Source of the DNA: the human T2T-CHM13v2.0 reference genome, Homo sapiens
Length of the DNA stretch: 64,000 nucleotides
Assembly: GCF_009914755.1 (NCBI RefSeq)
Contig: NC_060925.1
Reading direction: 5' to 3' (one strand)
Shown here: positions 28,745 to 42,439 of the stretch, in pieces
Numbering within the stretch: the first letter of the stretch is position 1
Layout of the letters: every line of letters begins with the position of its first letter
Notes under the pieces: generated by a model
Database searches by the model: none
Told to the model about the DNA's origin: nothing
The model's input: only the letters and a program-made list of their open reading frames with translations
Made by a program: the position numbers and the translations under genes

Positions 28745-29465
28745 TTATCATGTTTATTCCCATTTTACAGATAGGCAGACTGAGGCTTAGAGTGGGTAAG
28801 TAAGTTGCCCAAGGGTGTGTTACAGCCGAAGAGCTGTGGGGCCAGGCCAGAATTGCTGTGTACAGTCTGCTTGCTGCAATGCCTTTCCCCCAGCTGCCAT
28901 CTTCATATATGGTAGGCATTTGGGGGAGGTACCAGCCAACCTGGTGGATGACATTTAGAGTTTAGTGAGAAGCTCTGGAAGTCTCACTGGTAGCACTAAG
29001 CTCCTCTCTGTGTACCGGCTGCTTCCCATATGTACATGCGTAGGTAAGAGCAAGATAGAAATGACAGCACTTGTACATTCCACTGAGGGCTTTCTCATCA
29101 GTGTCTCGTTTCATCCTCTTAGCAACCCTGTCAGATAAGAAAGATGAGTTTTATTGTCCTCCATTTACCGATGAGGAACTGGCACTTAGAGAGCTCAAGT
29201 GACTTTCCTGGCCTTTGGGAAATGTTGGCATGGTGGGGACAGGGTGGGGCATCATGTGTGTTGATTATCTTCCCTATGTTAGACACTATGCTGGACAGTT
29301 GCTGTATGGCGTATGGCTTAATCCTCACTCAGCATTATTATCCTCTTCCCACAGTTCAGAAAATTGATGCTTAGAGAGCTTAAGTAAAGTGCTCCATGTA
29401 CTCAGCTCAGAAATGGCAGGGTCTCCCCTCAAACCCAGGCATTTGACCCCCAAATTCTACCTGCT
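28745..29465 (-). mobile_element. Cluster of MIR fragments
   Basis: CCCATTTTACAGATAGG (28759), CCATTTACCGATGAGGAACTG (29161), GCTTAGAGAGCTTAAGTAA (29369). Confidence 0.65.
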
Positions 29466-31929
29466 TTCCTCGGACCACAAGGCCTGAGGTGATCGAAGAA
29501 ATTTATTAAAGGGAAACAAAGATGGATAAAAGAGCAATTCCCACGAGGCCAGCCTTGGCAGGTGCTGTTGCTCCCTGACGTGTGTCTCCTTGTGTGTTAT
29601 CCCCCACTTTAGGGTTTAACTGTATCTTGAGAGGTGGGATAATCTTCCAGGGAAAAGCAGAGAAGGGGACCATCTGCTGAGGCAAGGGACCTGTTCAAGC
29701 AGACTCCTGTCTTTTCTGAGATAAGTCTGACTAATCCGGTCCTTGTGACTAATCCACTCTGAGACTTTATCTTTAGAACCAATGATTAATTTAAATAGGC
29801 TAAATTGTTCCATTTCAGCCCCCATACTTGAGTGTTCCTGGGGGAAGTGGGGTTAGGGCAGGAGGGTGGTGCCTGGGAGTTGTGAGGGTCCTCGAACTGT
29901 TGGAATTTCAGAGTTTCTAGCAGATAGGGCTGGGGCCAGATCCCACATAGGAACTGCAGCCCTTTCTGCTGACATCATGGGAGATCCCGCTTTGAACGCC
30001 CTCGAGGGCAGACATATGCAGGGGGTCCCCATTCTATAGACCCCGTGAATCATGCTGTGGGTGAGAATCTCTGCAAGACGATGTTGGCCTCTGTGACTTT
30101 CCTTTCCTCTTCCACTCCAAGAGCCAATATTTTCCTCCAAGATCACAGAACTCCGGCTGAGCGCTGACGAAGCTGTAAAGTGCTCTAGAAAGGCTGCTGG
30201 CGAGGAAATTCACCCATCCAATCCCCCTTCAGACCTTACCTCCTGAAGACCTGGATTGGAGAGGCTAGAACCCAGATGCCAGAGTCAGATCCCTGCAGCT
30301 CACTCTCTGAATGACCTTGGGCAAATTTTTTAGTACTTCTGAGCCCCAATCTTCTCACTGTAGAGCTAACCTAGTCCAACAAGTTCATTTTTCAAAAGAT
30401 GACATTAACGTTGCATCCCCAAAGCCACACAACAAGTAAGTGCAAAAGGGAGGGCAGTGACCGGGCCTTCTGCCCTCGGCACGCCAGGCCCTTCTGCGTC
30501 ATTATCTCATCTGGTCCTCACTGCCAGCCTCCGGGATGCTGGCTGCATCCCCATGGGACAGGAAAAGGCACTGAGACTCAGATGCGTGGGTCATGCTGCC
30601 AAGCCACACAGCAAAACGTGGCAGAGCCAGAATGGGCTCTACGTGTGCCTGATTCCAGGCCCCATGCAGGCCCTATGACACCCAAGGAAGGGTGAATCTG
30701 TGGGCCTTTCTCTCTGCTGGCCCTTAGTTCAGCCTCTGGCCATTGCCTCACGGAGGCTGAGCAGAGGTCTCATCTGCCCAGGGGCAGGGGATGGTGCTGG
30801 CTGGGCGGAGGCAGCAAGGAGGGGGACGGCCTTCTCATGTTCCCAGCCCACCCTTCTCAACACGCCCTTGCTTTGCACACAGGCCTAATTACCAAGAGGA
30901 GTCTGGGGCCCATGGAGGCTGTCAGTTCCTGCAACATCACAGCAGCCTCTTATCTTGATGGGTGTGTGCTTTTGTTATATTTTTAAATTACAGACAGTGA
31001 GAGTATTCCCTTGGCATCCAGAGCTGAGAGCTTTGGGACTTTGAATGGTGGAAAAGGAACCCAAGTGCCTCTGTGCCAGGCTTCCTCCCAAAACTCATAT
31101 CAGAATAGACTATAAGAAGCAGCAGCCCCATAGCTCAGTGGATTAAAACAGCAGAAGGCGTTTTCTCACTCCTGCCACATGCTCACTGCAGGTGGGTGGC
31201 CAATCAGAGACCTGGCTGATGGAGTATTGTTGGTCACTGTGCCAGAGAGAATGTGGAGTCCTGGAGGCCTTGAACTGATTAGTAGGTATCCCAGCCAGAA
31301 GCATTGTGCTCCTTTGCAGCTCACTGGGCAGAACTGGTCCCATGCACCCCCACCCCCCAGCCCCACCAATCAACCACAGTGCTACGAAGGAGCACTCCCG
31401 TCATGTACCACAAAGCAGGGAGAACAGGTCATAGCACTAATGACCGACAACTACCACTGGGGAGAAGTAGGACCAGGACGCTCTACAATCGGATGCCCAG
31501 GGAGGGGCTTCCTGTCATGGGCTGGCCACCAGCAGGAGGTGTCCAGCGTGTGTTCTGAGGCCTGAGCTGGGCTCCTGCAGGGCATCTGTGCTGTTGCTGC
31601 TCATGGAGACCTGAGGCAGTGGCCTGGCCTCTGCCTGGAGTGGAAGGAGGAGGCTGCACAGTTGACCTCCTTTTGCTTTTCCTTGTGGTTTTGGGCTGGG
31701 AGTTGCAGACAACCTTTCTATAGCTGATTTGGGGTCAAGAATCCCCATAGGACCCAAGACAGGTCCTAGAGGAGGGAAATGTGTTTGTTCCCACTTTTTT
31801 ATGGGGTCCAGTGGCGAAAAGGATAAAAACTCACAGTTAAAACAGGAGTCTGACATCTGTCTGCTGGGGAGGCCACAGGTGGGGGATCTGGATCAGATGG
31901 GATTCGTTCCTTCATTCATTCAATAGGTA

Positions 31930-32110
31930 TTGAATCTTAGCTTTACATCTGTGTAAAGTGACTTTAGGTAAGTCACTTAACCTCTCTGAGCCTTAGCTCT
32001 CTCATCTCTAAAATTTGAGAACTATTCCATATCTCACAGGGATATTGTGGGGATTGAGTGGGATAATGGATGGAAAGTCTCTGGGAGAAGCCTGGCACAT
32101 ATTGGATGCA
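31930..32110 (+). mobile_element. MIR
   Basis: AAGTCACTTAACCTCTCTGAGCCTTAG core. Confidence 0.75.
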
Positions 32111-32786
32111 ACAGATTCCTGTTTAAGGAACAAATGTCTCCGTTTTCTCCTCCATAAAATGAGGGTTATAAGAAGCGTCTTTATCCCCCAGGACTATTGG
32201 GAAGAACAAAAAAGAGACCATTTCCATAAAGCTCCAGCCCCCACAGACACTCAGGAGACCCCAGTCTCCTCCTGGGTTCCACGGGTGGGAGGCTCTAGGG
32301 GGACCATTCTCCCGCCTCCTCGGCCATCGGGCTATAGCTCCCCAGAGTGGGTCCAGGGTCCGGAGCCTTCCTGGGCCCTGTCAGAGGCCCAAGAGCCTGT
32401 CCCCTTTCCTGCTGAGGCTGGAGCAGAGAGAGGTTAGCCCCAGCCTGGGAAAGGCCTCTGTTGTCATCCTGCGGGGTTCCAGGGTGAGGGTGCATGCAAA
32501 CTGTCAAGCGCAGTAAGACTGTGAGACATGCCGTGCGAACTGTGAGGTGCTGGATGAGGGTGAGGTGTTGCGTTCCGTCTCTGGGTCTGGACTGGCTTCC
32601 TGCTGCTCCCTTGAACCACAGCCCCAAACCCCATCTCCCACCTGTCCAGCCTCTGCCCAGTGAGTCCCACTCTGCCAGCCTGCCGTCTGCATCCCACTGT
32701 GCCTTCTGTCAATGGTGACAGTTGTGTAGAGAAGGAAAACAATACTGGGTGGTTCAGATGTTTCTGGCATCAAATGGGATAACATA

Positions 32787-33184
<398 letters not shown>

Positions 33185-33190
33185 CTATTT

Positions 33191-33541
<351 letters not shown>

Positions 33542-36500
33542 TTAAGAGGAAAACAGGGATCCCCCGGATCTCATCACCCAGAGGCCACCGTGGTGGACAC
33601 TGGGTTCTGTTTCCTTCCCGCCGCCTTCCGAACCCCAGGGCATATGTGTGTTTTGCTTGTTTCATAACATCGGGTTCATATTTTTTGTAGCTTACTTTTT
33701 CACTTGATACCATATTGTCAGCATTTCCCTCAGTTATTAAATATTCTTTGCAAACATGATTTGTAATGTTTGCCTGATAGCCCGTCCTGCATCTGTCCCG
33801 TCGTTTTCTCTCCATATCAGTGTTGCAGCTTCCAGGGATTCAGTATAGATTCCATTCGTGGAGCCGAGCCCAGTCTGAGACCTAGAACAGATTCTAGAAA
33901 CTGTCGAGAGCTCTCTCTTTTCACCATGCATGTCCCTGGCCCTTGTGAGCCATGTGGAGACCTGGAAGGACTTGGAGGGGCCAGGGTCCAACCCCGGGAA
34001 CGTGGCCAAGATCTCAGTTGGTCTTTGTTCTTTCTCGCCGCGTGAGTCCCCTGGTAGCCTTGGTGGGGGTCCTTTCACCATCATACCCGGAGGCTGTGGC
34101 TTCAGGCCTGGGTCTGGATCCCACCTAGCAAGTCCTTCCTTGCTCAGGGCCGCCTTGCTCAGGAGGGCTGGCTTAGGACCGAAGCCCAGGCCCCGCAGGG
34201 AGCCTGCCTGCTCCTGAATTTCCCATCTTCCTGACCTTGGAATCCACTTTTCTTACCTCCTTGTCACCTCCTTATGCCCAGAGTTGGCTTTGATTGAGGG
34301 ACTCTAATATAAGATGGAAAAACCCAAGGGTATGAAAGTCACTGCACTTTATAGCCTTTTAAGGGCCTTTTAAAAACAATGTTCATTCAATTTTTTTCTT
34401 TTTTTTTTTTATGAGCTTTCTGGTACGTACAGCACATAATCCTACATAAAATGGCTGAGCACGACACTGGCATAAACAGCCGGTGATGGGGTGGAAGTCC
34501 GTGAAACGACGGGTTTGCCTCTGTGGGAGAAGCCGCAGTCTTTCAGCACTGAGCAGGCTCCGGATTCCAGGGCTGGGGTTGCCAGGTCTTCTGAGTGCTG
34601 CTGACCTGAGGGCGGCACTCGAGGGCTTGGGTCCTTGGGGAGGGACGCTCAGGCCCCTGCCTGGGAAGGATGCCTGCATGGCTCGAACCCTGACCTCCAC
34701 CATCAGCCACATGTGCCATTTGGGACTTGTCCTTTTTCTCACCATTTCATGAAAAGCTTGTGTTGCTTTTGCCAGCCAGCCAGCCAGCCAGCTGGGAAAG
34801 CTGGTCCCACATCATGGCTTTCTAAATGACGCCCTGGCTGGTCGCCTGATGATTGAGCAGGCCATGGTTAAGGCTCTTGACAGCACGTCCAAGGGCCAGG
34901 TGCCCCGTGGAAAGACTGGAGCAGACTTGATGTCAGTTCCCCAGCTGTTGTGGGGTTGAAGGGGATTTACCCTGCAGGAGTAACGCTCCTATTGCTCGAG
35001 CTGTTGGGGTGTGGACGGGGGAAGCTCCAGCTTATTTATCCTCATAAACCATAGTGCTATCCCCTTTGTCCCACGAGTTCCAGTATTTCATTATCCAAAG
35101 TGGATCTCCTAGGCTGCCTCCAAATTGCACACAATGATTTTGTCAGATTTTGAGGTCTGAGTTTTCCTTTGCAGAATAGGAAGAGTCACTCTGTCCCAGC
35201 CTTGCACCTGGTACACAGTAGCCCGAGTGGTGGGGAGTCTGCCAATGAGATGATAAAAGACTCTCAGAGGTTAAGGCTCTTGCTCAAGGCCACACAGGAG
35301 ACAGGCTCTGAGCTCGGGGGAGCCCGACCCTTAAGACTAAATCCTCAAGGACCGCGAGTGCCTTTGAAAGCCCTGCCCCGCCGCCTGGGCAGCTGGAGTG
35401 GGAGCCACGCAGGCAGGCACTTGTTTCTGAGCACAGCTGAGCTGGGGGGGCCCTGCCACCTCCTTGGACGCCGCCTTCCCTCTGCTTGCCTGGGACGGGC
35501 TGGGGAGCAGCCTCGTCTATGGTGCAGCCCTCCCCTTCTCAAGACCACCCTGACCTTTCTCAGCATGTGCCTGTTTTCCAGGTCACCGTTTCGATTTCGC
35601 TTCACTTCCTAGTGTTTATTCTCCTCCGTTAGAAGAGCTTCGTGTTTATTGATTGTTGTCTCCGGACCTTCAATTTTTGTCCGCGGCTCTGGCAATCTGG
35701 AAATGAGTCTTCCACTTTCATTAGCCACCCTGTTCTGAAGAGCATCCGACCTTTCCCTAATCAGTTCCAGCTAATCATGGCCAGTGGCTTTGGATGAGCT
35801 GGGGTGGGGGGTTGGGGGAGCAGGGACAGGGGTTGCCAAGAGGCCCACAGGACCTCCCCTGGGGGTAGACGATAGTGACGGTGATGATGATGATGTCAGC
35901 ACTGGGCGTGCACCCTGCTATACTCTCACCATCTCCCCTCACCCCTCCACTCCTCTTCCCTGGCGCCAGAGGCATCTGACCCTTAGGAAGCTAGGGGCTG
36001 CAGTGGGTCAGAGTGAGAACCACGGTCAAGCTGAGGGGCCCCTGCTTGTCTATAGCCAAAGGCCAGGTCCAGGAAATAGTACTTGGGGTTTGGAGTCGGG
36101 GGCTTTGACTCAGATCTGGGTGGAGTCCTGGCCTTGTGGCCCTGGACAGGCTATTTACCTTCTCTATAAACTGGGGATAACAAGAAAGCCTCAAAGCTTA
36201 GGATGGCTGTCAGGTGTGCGGTGGCAACCAGTATTACTACTATTGTTGTGACTGTTGAGTCAGATCAGGTTTCTCCTGAAGGCCCTACCTGGAGTGATGT
36301 TGCTGTGCCCGGTCCCTAGCTCCGTGCCTGGTAAGATGTTCACGGGGCTTAGTGAACACGTGTCTAGCTGAGCCCCACTGAGCTCTGATGGGGGCATTTT
36401 GTTGCTTGTGGAGCAAGAAGCCATTTGGATGGGGCGGAGGTCAGCTGCCAGGACTGTGTGGCCTGACCTCCATCCTGCACCATGCCCAGCAGAGTCAAGG

Positions 36501-37938
36501 CTGTCAGAGGGATTTTCTCCCGCGGGTCTTCCTGTGCAAATCAATAACCCTTCAGGCAGCAGCAGGGAGGGAAGCATGCACTGAGGAGGCAAGGGTCAGG
36601 GCTGTTCCTGCAGCTTCCGGCAAGTCCTTTGCAGGGTTTTTCAGTATCTTCCGCTCGAGCAGGTGCTGCAGCAGAGCCTCAGATACGTACTGAGCGTCGC
36701 CTCAGTTTCATGCACACCGCTTGGGGCTCCCCAATCCCTGAGTCCAGAACCACCTGGAGGTCTATTGCATTCTGGCCCCGGCAGCTCTCCATGGAAGCAG
36801 AGATGAACTAGCAGGGCCAGAGGCTGCTCACTATGGTGGGGTCCCTGATCTCCTATCAGCACCCTAGTTTCTAGTAGGAATTTGGGAGGCAGAAAATATT
36901 CCCCCTTCCCTCCAGGTGAATACTCAGGTGCATACTATGTGCTTGAAGCTCATGGCCAACCTCAGAGGCTGATGGGGCCTTGTGGGCTTTCTGGAGAGCT
37001 CTGCAGGGTCCCAAGTGTCATTTCTCCCTTGCCCCTGCTTGATGCACGGTTTGTGAGTACTCTCTTTGGCTGGTCCTCTTCACTCTCTTGTTTACCATTT
37101 GCTGTTAACAACAGTAATTACAGTATAGTTGTGAGATGAAAACATGACTAAATTATGACACTGCTTGTGTAACAATCTCTTAAAACTGACTCAGAAGGCA
37201 ACAGCTGCACAATTAGGCTATAAATTCTCTTAAATGAACTTGTCGGTGGCAGCAGTACCTGTGTGGCGGTGTTGTGTAAGAGATAACCAGGCTTAATGGG
37301 CTTGGAGAGGGAGCACCAAGGATGGCCTCGTAAAGAGGGAAACTTTGTTCTTTGTCATAAACCACTTGTTCTCTTATAAAAACAAAGGGCTCAGTGTTGG
37401 CCCATTAACTCCCTCTGTCTGTCGGGACTGTGGGAGCAGAGCATCTGCCTGACAAGCTGACACCAGGGATGCTTTCTGCCTTGAGGTGTGGCTTTGTTTG
37501 AGGCTCCTCCACCCTCATCCCGAGGAGGCATGGCCAGCAAGAGGCCTGGGTGGGATTAGTTAGTTAGTAGCGGTCGGGCCAGCATGGCCTTGGTGGGGGC
37601 CCAGCTGAGCTGCTGCAGTCTTCCCAGCTGGGCTGCGAGGCCTGCCCTTCTTATGCTAAATGACAAACTTCAAGACAAAACCCACGAATCAGAGCGCCTT
37701 GGATGTGGGGCTGGGACCTAAGAAACCACGTGATTCAACAGAGGGATGATGGAGGCTTGCTTCAGATGCGCTCTTTGGGAAAGAAGCATGTATGCCGCAG
37801 ATCTAAGGGGGAAGGATGCAACTGATGAGGTGTTACAGGATGCTCTTACCCCACCCCAGCCTGAATGTGGCCAGCACTGGGACTGGTGATGCTGACACTG
37901 GGGGCCCTGCTGTCTGCCTCCAGGTCAGCTCTTAGCAG

Positions 37939-38470
37939 CGTATTCACTTTCTGTGGCTGCTATCACAAACTACCATAGACTTGGTGGCTTAAAGTGACAC
38001 AAATGTACTATCTTGCAGCTCCAAAGGCAGAAGTTGGGTCTTGATTTTGACATGGGTCTCGGTGTTTTAAAATCAAGGTGTTGGCAGGGCTGTGTTCTAT
38101 TCTGGACTCTGGGAGATAATCCGTTGCATTGGCTTTTCCAGCTTTCAGAGGTCACCTGCATCCCTTGATTGGTGGCCCCTTCCTCCGTCGTCAAAGCCAG
38201 CACTGGCAAGTCAAGTCTCTTTCAGAGAACATCATAGTTCTCTGACTCTCTCTTCTGCCTCTTCTTTATCTTCCATTTGTAAGGACTCATGTGATTCCAT
38301 TGGGTACATGAGTACACTAAGGTGATTGTTTCCATCTCGAGATCAGCTGATTAGTTGCCTTAATCACATCTACAGTCTTAATTCCCTTTCACCATGTAAC
38401 GTAGTATATTCACAGGTTTTGAGGATTATGACGTGGACATCTTTAGGGGGCCATTATTCTGCCTGCCACA
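37939..38470 (-). mobile_element. MLT1C/D LTR
   Basis: GCTGCTATCACAAACTACCATAGACTTGGTGGCTTAAA...GGCCATTATTCTGCCTGCCACA; TSD (A/G)GCAG. Confidence 0.85.
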
Positions 38471-39199
38471 GGCAGGTGGAGAGTAGGGCTTTGAGCCAGC
38501 TTGACTTTTGTGCCCTCTGAGCTGGGCACAGGCAAGGATCAGACGTGAGGAAGCAAAGCTGAGCTGGTCCTACAGGAAATCAGAGAGAGAACAGCCTCTC
38601 TGTTCCCTCCCGCCTGTCAGCACTGGACTCGGCCTGCACCTCAGATGTCACTTGCATTTTCTAGGGGCTCCCAGTCAGAGACAGGGTGTGGTCTTTCGTG
38701 AACAAAACCCAGGAGTGGACATACCCCATGGCTTCCCAGACTGTGTGGGAGTCTCCCTGAATGAAAATGGTAAGTGTGCACCCTTTCCTTCCTGGAGAAC
38801 CTAGCATTAGCATCCACCTTTCCCCTAGGCCCCTCCCTGGAGAAGGTGCAAATCGGGAAGCCTGCTGGTATAAGATAAAGTTCAGCTTTAACAGTTTTCA
38901 AAATAAACGAACAACACACAAACTCCAGACGCTGCACAAACCCACCAGCAGGGAGTCATGGCCACAGGTTTTGAAAACTTTCACCATTCTGGGATTGCAG
39001 AGCGTCTCATCCGCAGCCCCGGACCCCCTGGCCACCTCTGCTCTTTCATCCCAGCCTGGCGGAGAGGCAGCTGGACTCTCCTCTCGGACAGGTTCTCTGA
39101 TGAATTTCCAGGCATCTCCCTGGACCTGTCCACACAACAGATTTCTGGAGCGCATCCCCAGGGACCTCCAGCTCCAGGCCTATTACTGAAGTCCGTCAC

Positions 39200-39860
39200 C
39201 CAGAAAATCTGTTGACGGAACCGTTCTCCCTGAACTGCAAGCAAATTGGGAAATTTGAATGTGACGCAATAAGCCTGCAATAAAACAGAGCCTCCAAGAA
39301 GTGCATGAAGCGAATCTCCTCCCAGCCTAGTCCACCACCCCTCTGCAGCTTCCCGAGCTGTCACCCTCCAGGGTGGCCACATACAGTATTTATTTTTTTT
39401 AATTAAGCTGCGTTGCTGTGTGGCTCACCCTCCACAGATGCTTTATAAAGCCCAGCCTTGTAAGTTGCTGAAAGTTTTTATTTTTTTTTAAGCGGATAGT
39501 AAAATTAAGCAGTTATTAGTATTCACGAAAAATGCTCGTGGCAGGCTTCGCACACGTAATGAGAAGCCACCTGCAGTTCAAAGCAGTACTTGATAATGCT
39601 GTAATTAGATTTGAGATGCAAAAAAGCTCATTAAAATTAAATAACATATTTGTCACTGTTTTAAGAGGTACAGATTGCCTAGAACCATGCTGGTCTCTTG
39701 ACCTTGAGTATTTTGGCAGAGTCCTTGCTGCCGACAATTCAAAAATAACATCAGCAATTCTGCAGAGAGTCCTGAAAACATGCTCATCCTTGGTTCAGTT
39801 TGTATTGAAAAAATTATATAGATATCCAGGGGAAATCACAGATTTGTACACAGTGTGTTC
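39200..39860. promoter_or_regulatory. Candidate conserved non-coding block
   Basis: Repeat-free, AT-rich, many TAAT/ATTA homeobox cores, retained CpGs. Confidence 0.3.
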
Positions 39861-40264
39861 TGGGAGAAAAGGGTGGCCACAGTCCTCTCTGAGCCAGTAG
39901 CTCAGACGCTGTGAAGAAGAGATGGATGTGTGCCTGTGGGAGGCTGGGGCAGGTGGAGGGGTCCCCCATAGGACACGGGGACACTGTGAGGGAGTTTGCA
40001 GGAAGCGGCGGCCTTGGGCACCACTGCTTACCACTAAGCTGAGCTGGATGAAGCCACTTGCTCAGAGCAGGCCCAGGGCGACTGGTAATCAGATTGTCAG
40101 TCAGTGTTTCCCGGGTGCCTACCGGTGTACCGGGTCCCGGGCAGGGGATGGTGGGGCCGCAAGTGCCAGTGAGATTTGCCTCAGGCTGCAAAAGAGGTCA
40201 TAGCCTCATCACGGAGATGAGGCATAAAGTCAGGTGCCAGGAAAGTATTTATTGTTAATAAAAG

Positions 40265-40745
40265 TAGCTAATGTTGACTGAGCGTGTCTTTCATAGTAGG
40301 TAGCCAAGCGTGGCATGCATTATCTTAGGAATCATCTCCATAGTCTGTGAGACAGCCCTGACTGCCCCATTTTCCTTGAGGTTACGTTGCTCTTGTAAGG
40401 TCACTTCACTAGTAAGTAACTAGTAAGCCCAGAGCTGAGCCGGGTTCAGATTCAGGTCTGGCCTTCTGCAGCACCCCTTCTGCATGAATCACAGAGTCAC
40501 TCAGGTCCCATGGGCAGAGCAGAGAGACCCAGGGTGGGAGAGGACACACATGAAGGCACTCACTGAGGACCCACTCTTCACCAGATCCTGCTCTAAACAC
40601 TGCGTGCCTGTTCATCATTGTATCCCCATAGCAACCCTGTGATTCCATTTTACAGATGAGGAAATTGAGGCATGAGAAATTAAATAACCAGTCCCAGGTC
40701 ACCAGGTAGTTGGTGGCAGAGTTAGGATTAAGCTCTGACCTTGAC
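40265..40745 (-). mobile_element. MIR fragments
   Basis: CCATTTTACAGATGAGGAAATTGAGGC at ~40645. Confidence 0.7.
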
Positions 40746-41149
40746 TGTTATTCTATGTTTAATTTTTCTTGAAATCTGTAAAGCATTCTATAAAGGTAGG
40801 ATGTAATTTAAAAGCAATTATGATGATTTTTGTTCTTGGAGAAAGAAAATGCAAGTTGCTTTCAAGGGGCAGAGACCAGAGGAGTTTTCCTGGGGGCAGA
40901 GAGCAGTTAAACGAGACGTGAGTGGAGGGGGCCAGATGGAGGGAAAATGAGGCCAAGTTAGAAACAGAGGCCTGGCCTGGGCTCCAGGGACAGTGTGGGC
41001 CCCCATTTTGGAGGAGCTGCGTGTCCTCCAGGGCAGGGAGTCATTGGGAAGGCAGTCTGGGCCGACTGCCCCTCCTCCCGGTGGCTGGATTGATTTTCCA
41101 GGCTGACTCTCTTGGCACTGGGTCCAGATTTAGTTCTGTGGAGAGCTCG

Positions 41150-41420
41150 TCTTTCAAAGTCCAGCTCAAATGTCACCTCCTCGGCAAAGACTCCCCCACC
41201 GCCCGAAGCAAAATTAATCACTCCTCCTCCATGTCCCACAGCACTCTGTTGATACCTCCGGAATAGTCTTATCACATCGGACACGGATTTATGTGTTTAC
41301 AAGTCTGTCTCTCCAGCTAGACAGCGACTTCTCGAGGGCAGAGCCCACTCTGCCTTTGTGTCATTGTGCCTGGGGCAGTGCTGCGTGTGCAGTGGGTGCT
41401 GAGGAAATGATGCATACATG
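41150..41420 (+). mobile_element. L2 fragment
   Basis: CAGCTCAAATGTCACCTCCTC. Confidence 0.55.
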
Positions 41421-41449
41421 GAGGACCAGTGGATGGTTTAATTTGATTT

Positions 41450-41670
41450 CAGTGACCAAGCACAGAGCTCTTACTTTGTGCAGGTCTTGTTCTAAGCTCT
41501 TTACATATGTGAAAGGATTTAGCCTTTATAACCCCATGACATCAGTTAGTTCTATGATGAGCCTGTTTTACAGGTGAGGACACTGAGGCTCAGAGAGGTT
41601 GTGTAACTTCTCAATATCATACATCTGGTAAGTGGTAGAGCTGGGAGTTTTAAACCCAGGCAGCCTGGAG
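41450..41670 (-). mobile_element. MIR
   Basis: TTTTACAGGTGAGGACACTGAGGCTCAGAGAGGTT. Confidence 0.8.
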
Positions 41671-42439
41671 TGAAAACATCTGCTTAAAGTGATTTTGTAG
41701 CTACAGATTGTATATAGTGATTCTTATTAGGGGAGTTTCTGGAATGAATTCTCATTTCACTCTTCTTTTCCCTAACTTGTCTGAATTTAGGAAGGTTTGG
41801 AGAAAGCGATTGGGCTGCGATGCAGTTAAGTTTCCTTTGTTGTAAGCCGTGGAAACCAACTCTAGCTAAATTAAGCTAAACAGGGATTCTGTTGTGAGGA
41901 TCTAAGTAGCTTGCAGAAGGAGCACGCTGGAAGGAAGGGCTTTGGGGAGGCCAGAGGGACTGACCTAGCGGGAACTGAAGGACAGACTTGCTGGGATGAG
42001 CTCTGCACGTCACGTCCCTCCCAGTTCAGGCGCCACCATCGTGACCGTGTAGGGAATTGGGGTGCTGGTAAGACCTTGGGTGCTGGGCCGGCAAGAAGGT
42101 GCGCTGCCTGCCGACCACCATGCGTTCCTGCTGGCCATTGCTTGGGTCCTGTGTTCACCCTGGGCCCAGTGGCAGCCTGGGCTGAGCCGGGGGCGTGAGA
42201 GCCCAGGGCTCTCAGTCATGTTTCCTTGACACATAGTTCTGGAGTTTGGGGCGGGTGGGGAGGGTGAGGCTTCTGAAAGGAATATTCACTGGCAGTGACC
42301 TTTCTTAGGTTTTTAACATTTTGAGGGGATTGATTGAATTGATCCAAGCCCATTCATTCTCGGTCTCCAAAGGACATGAATACCGCAGGACCAGCCCAGC
42401 TTGAATGTTTGAAAACTGGGTGCAAACGAGGACTAGACT

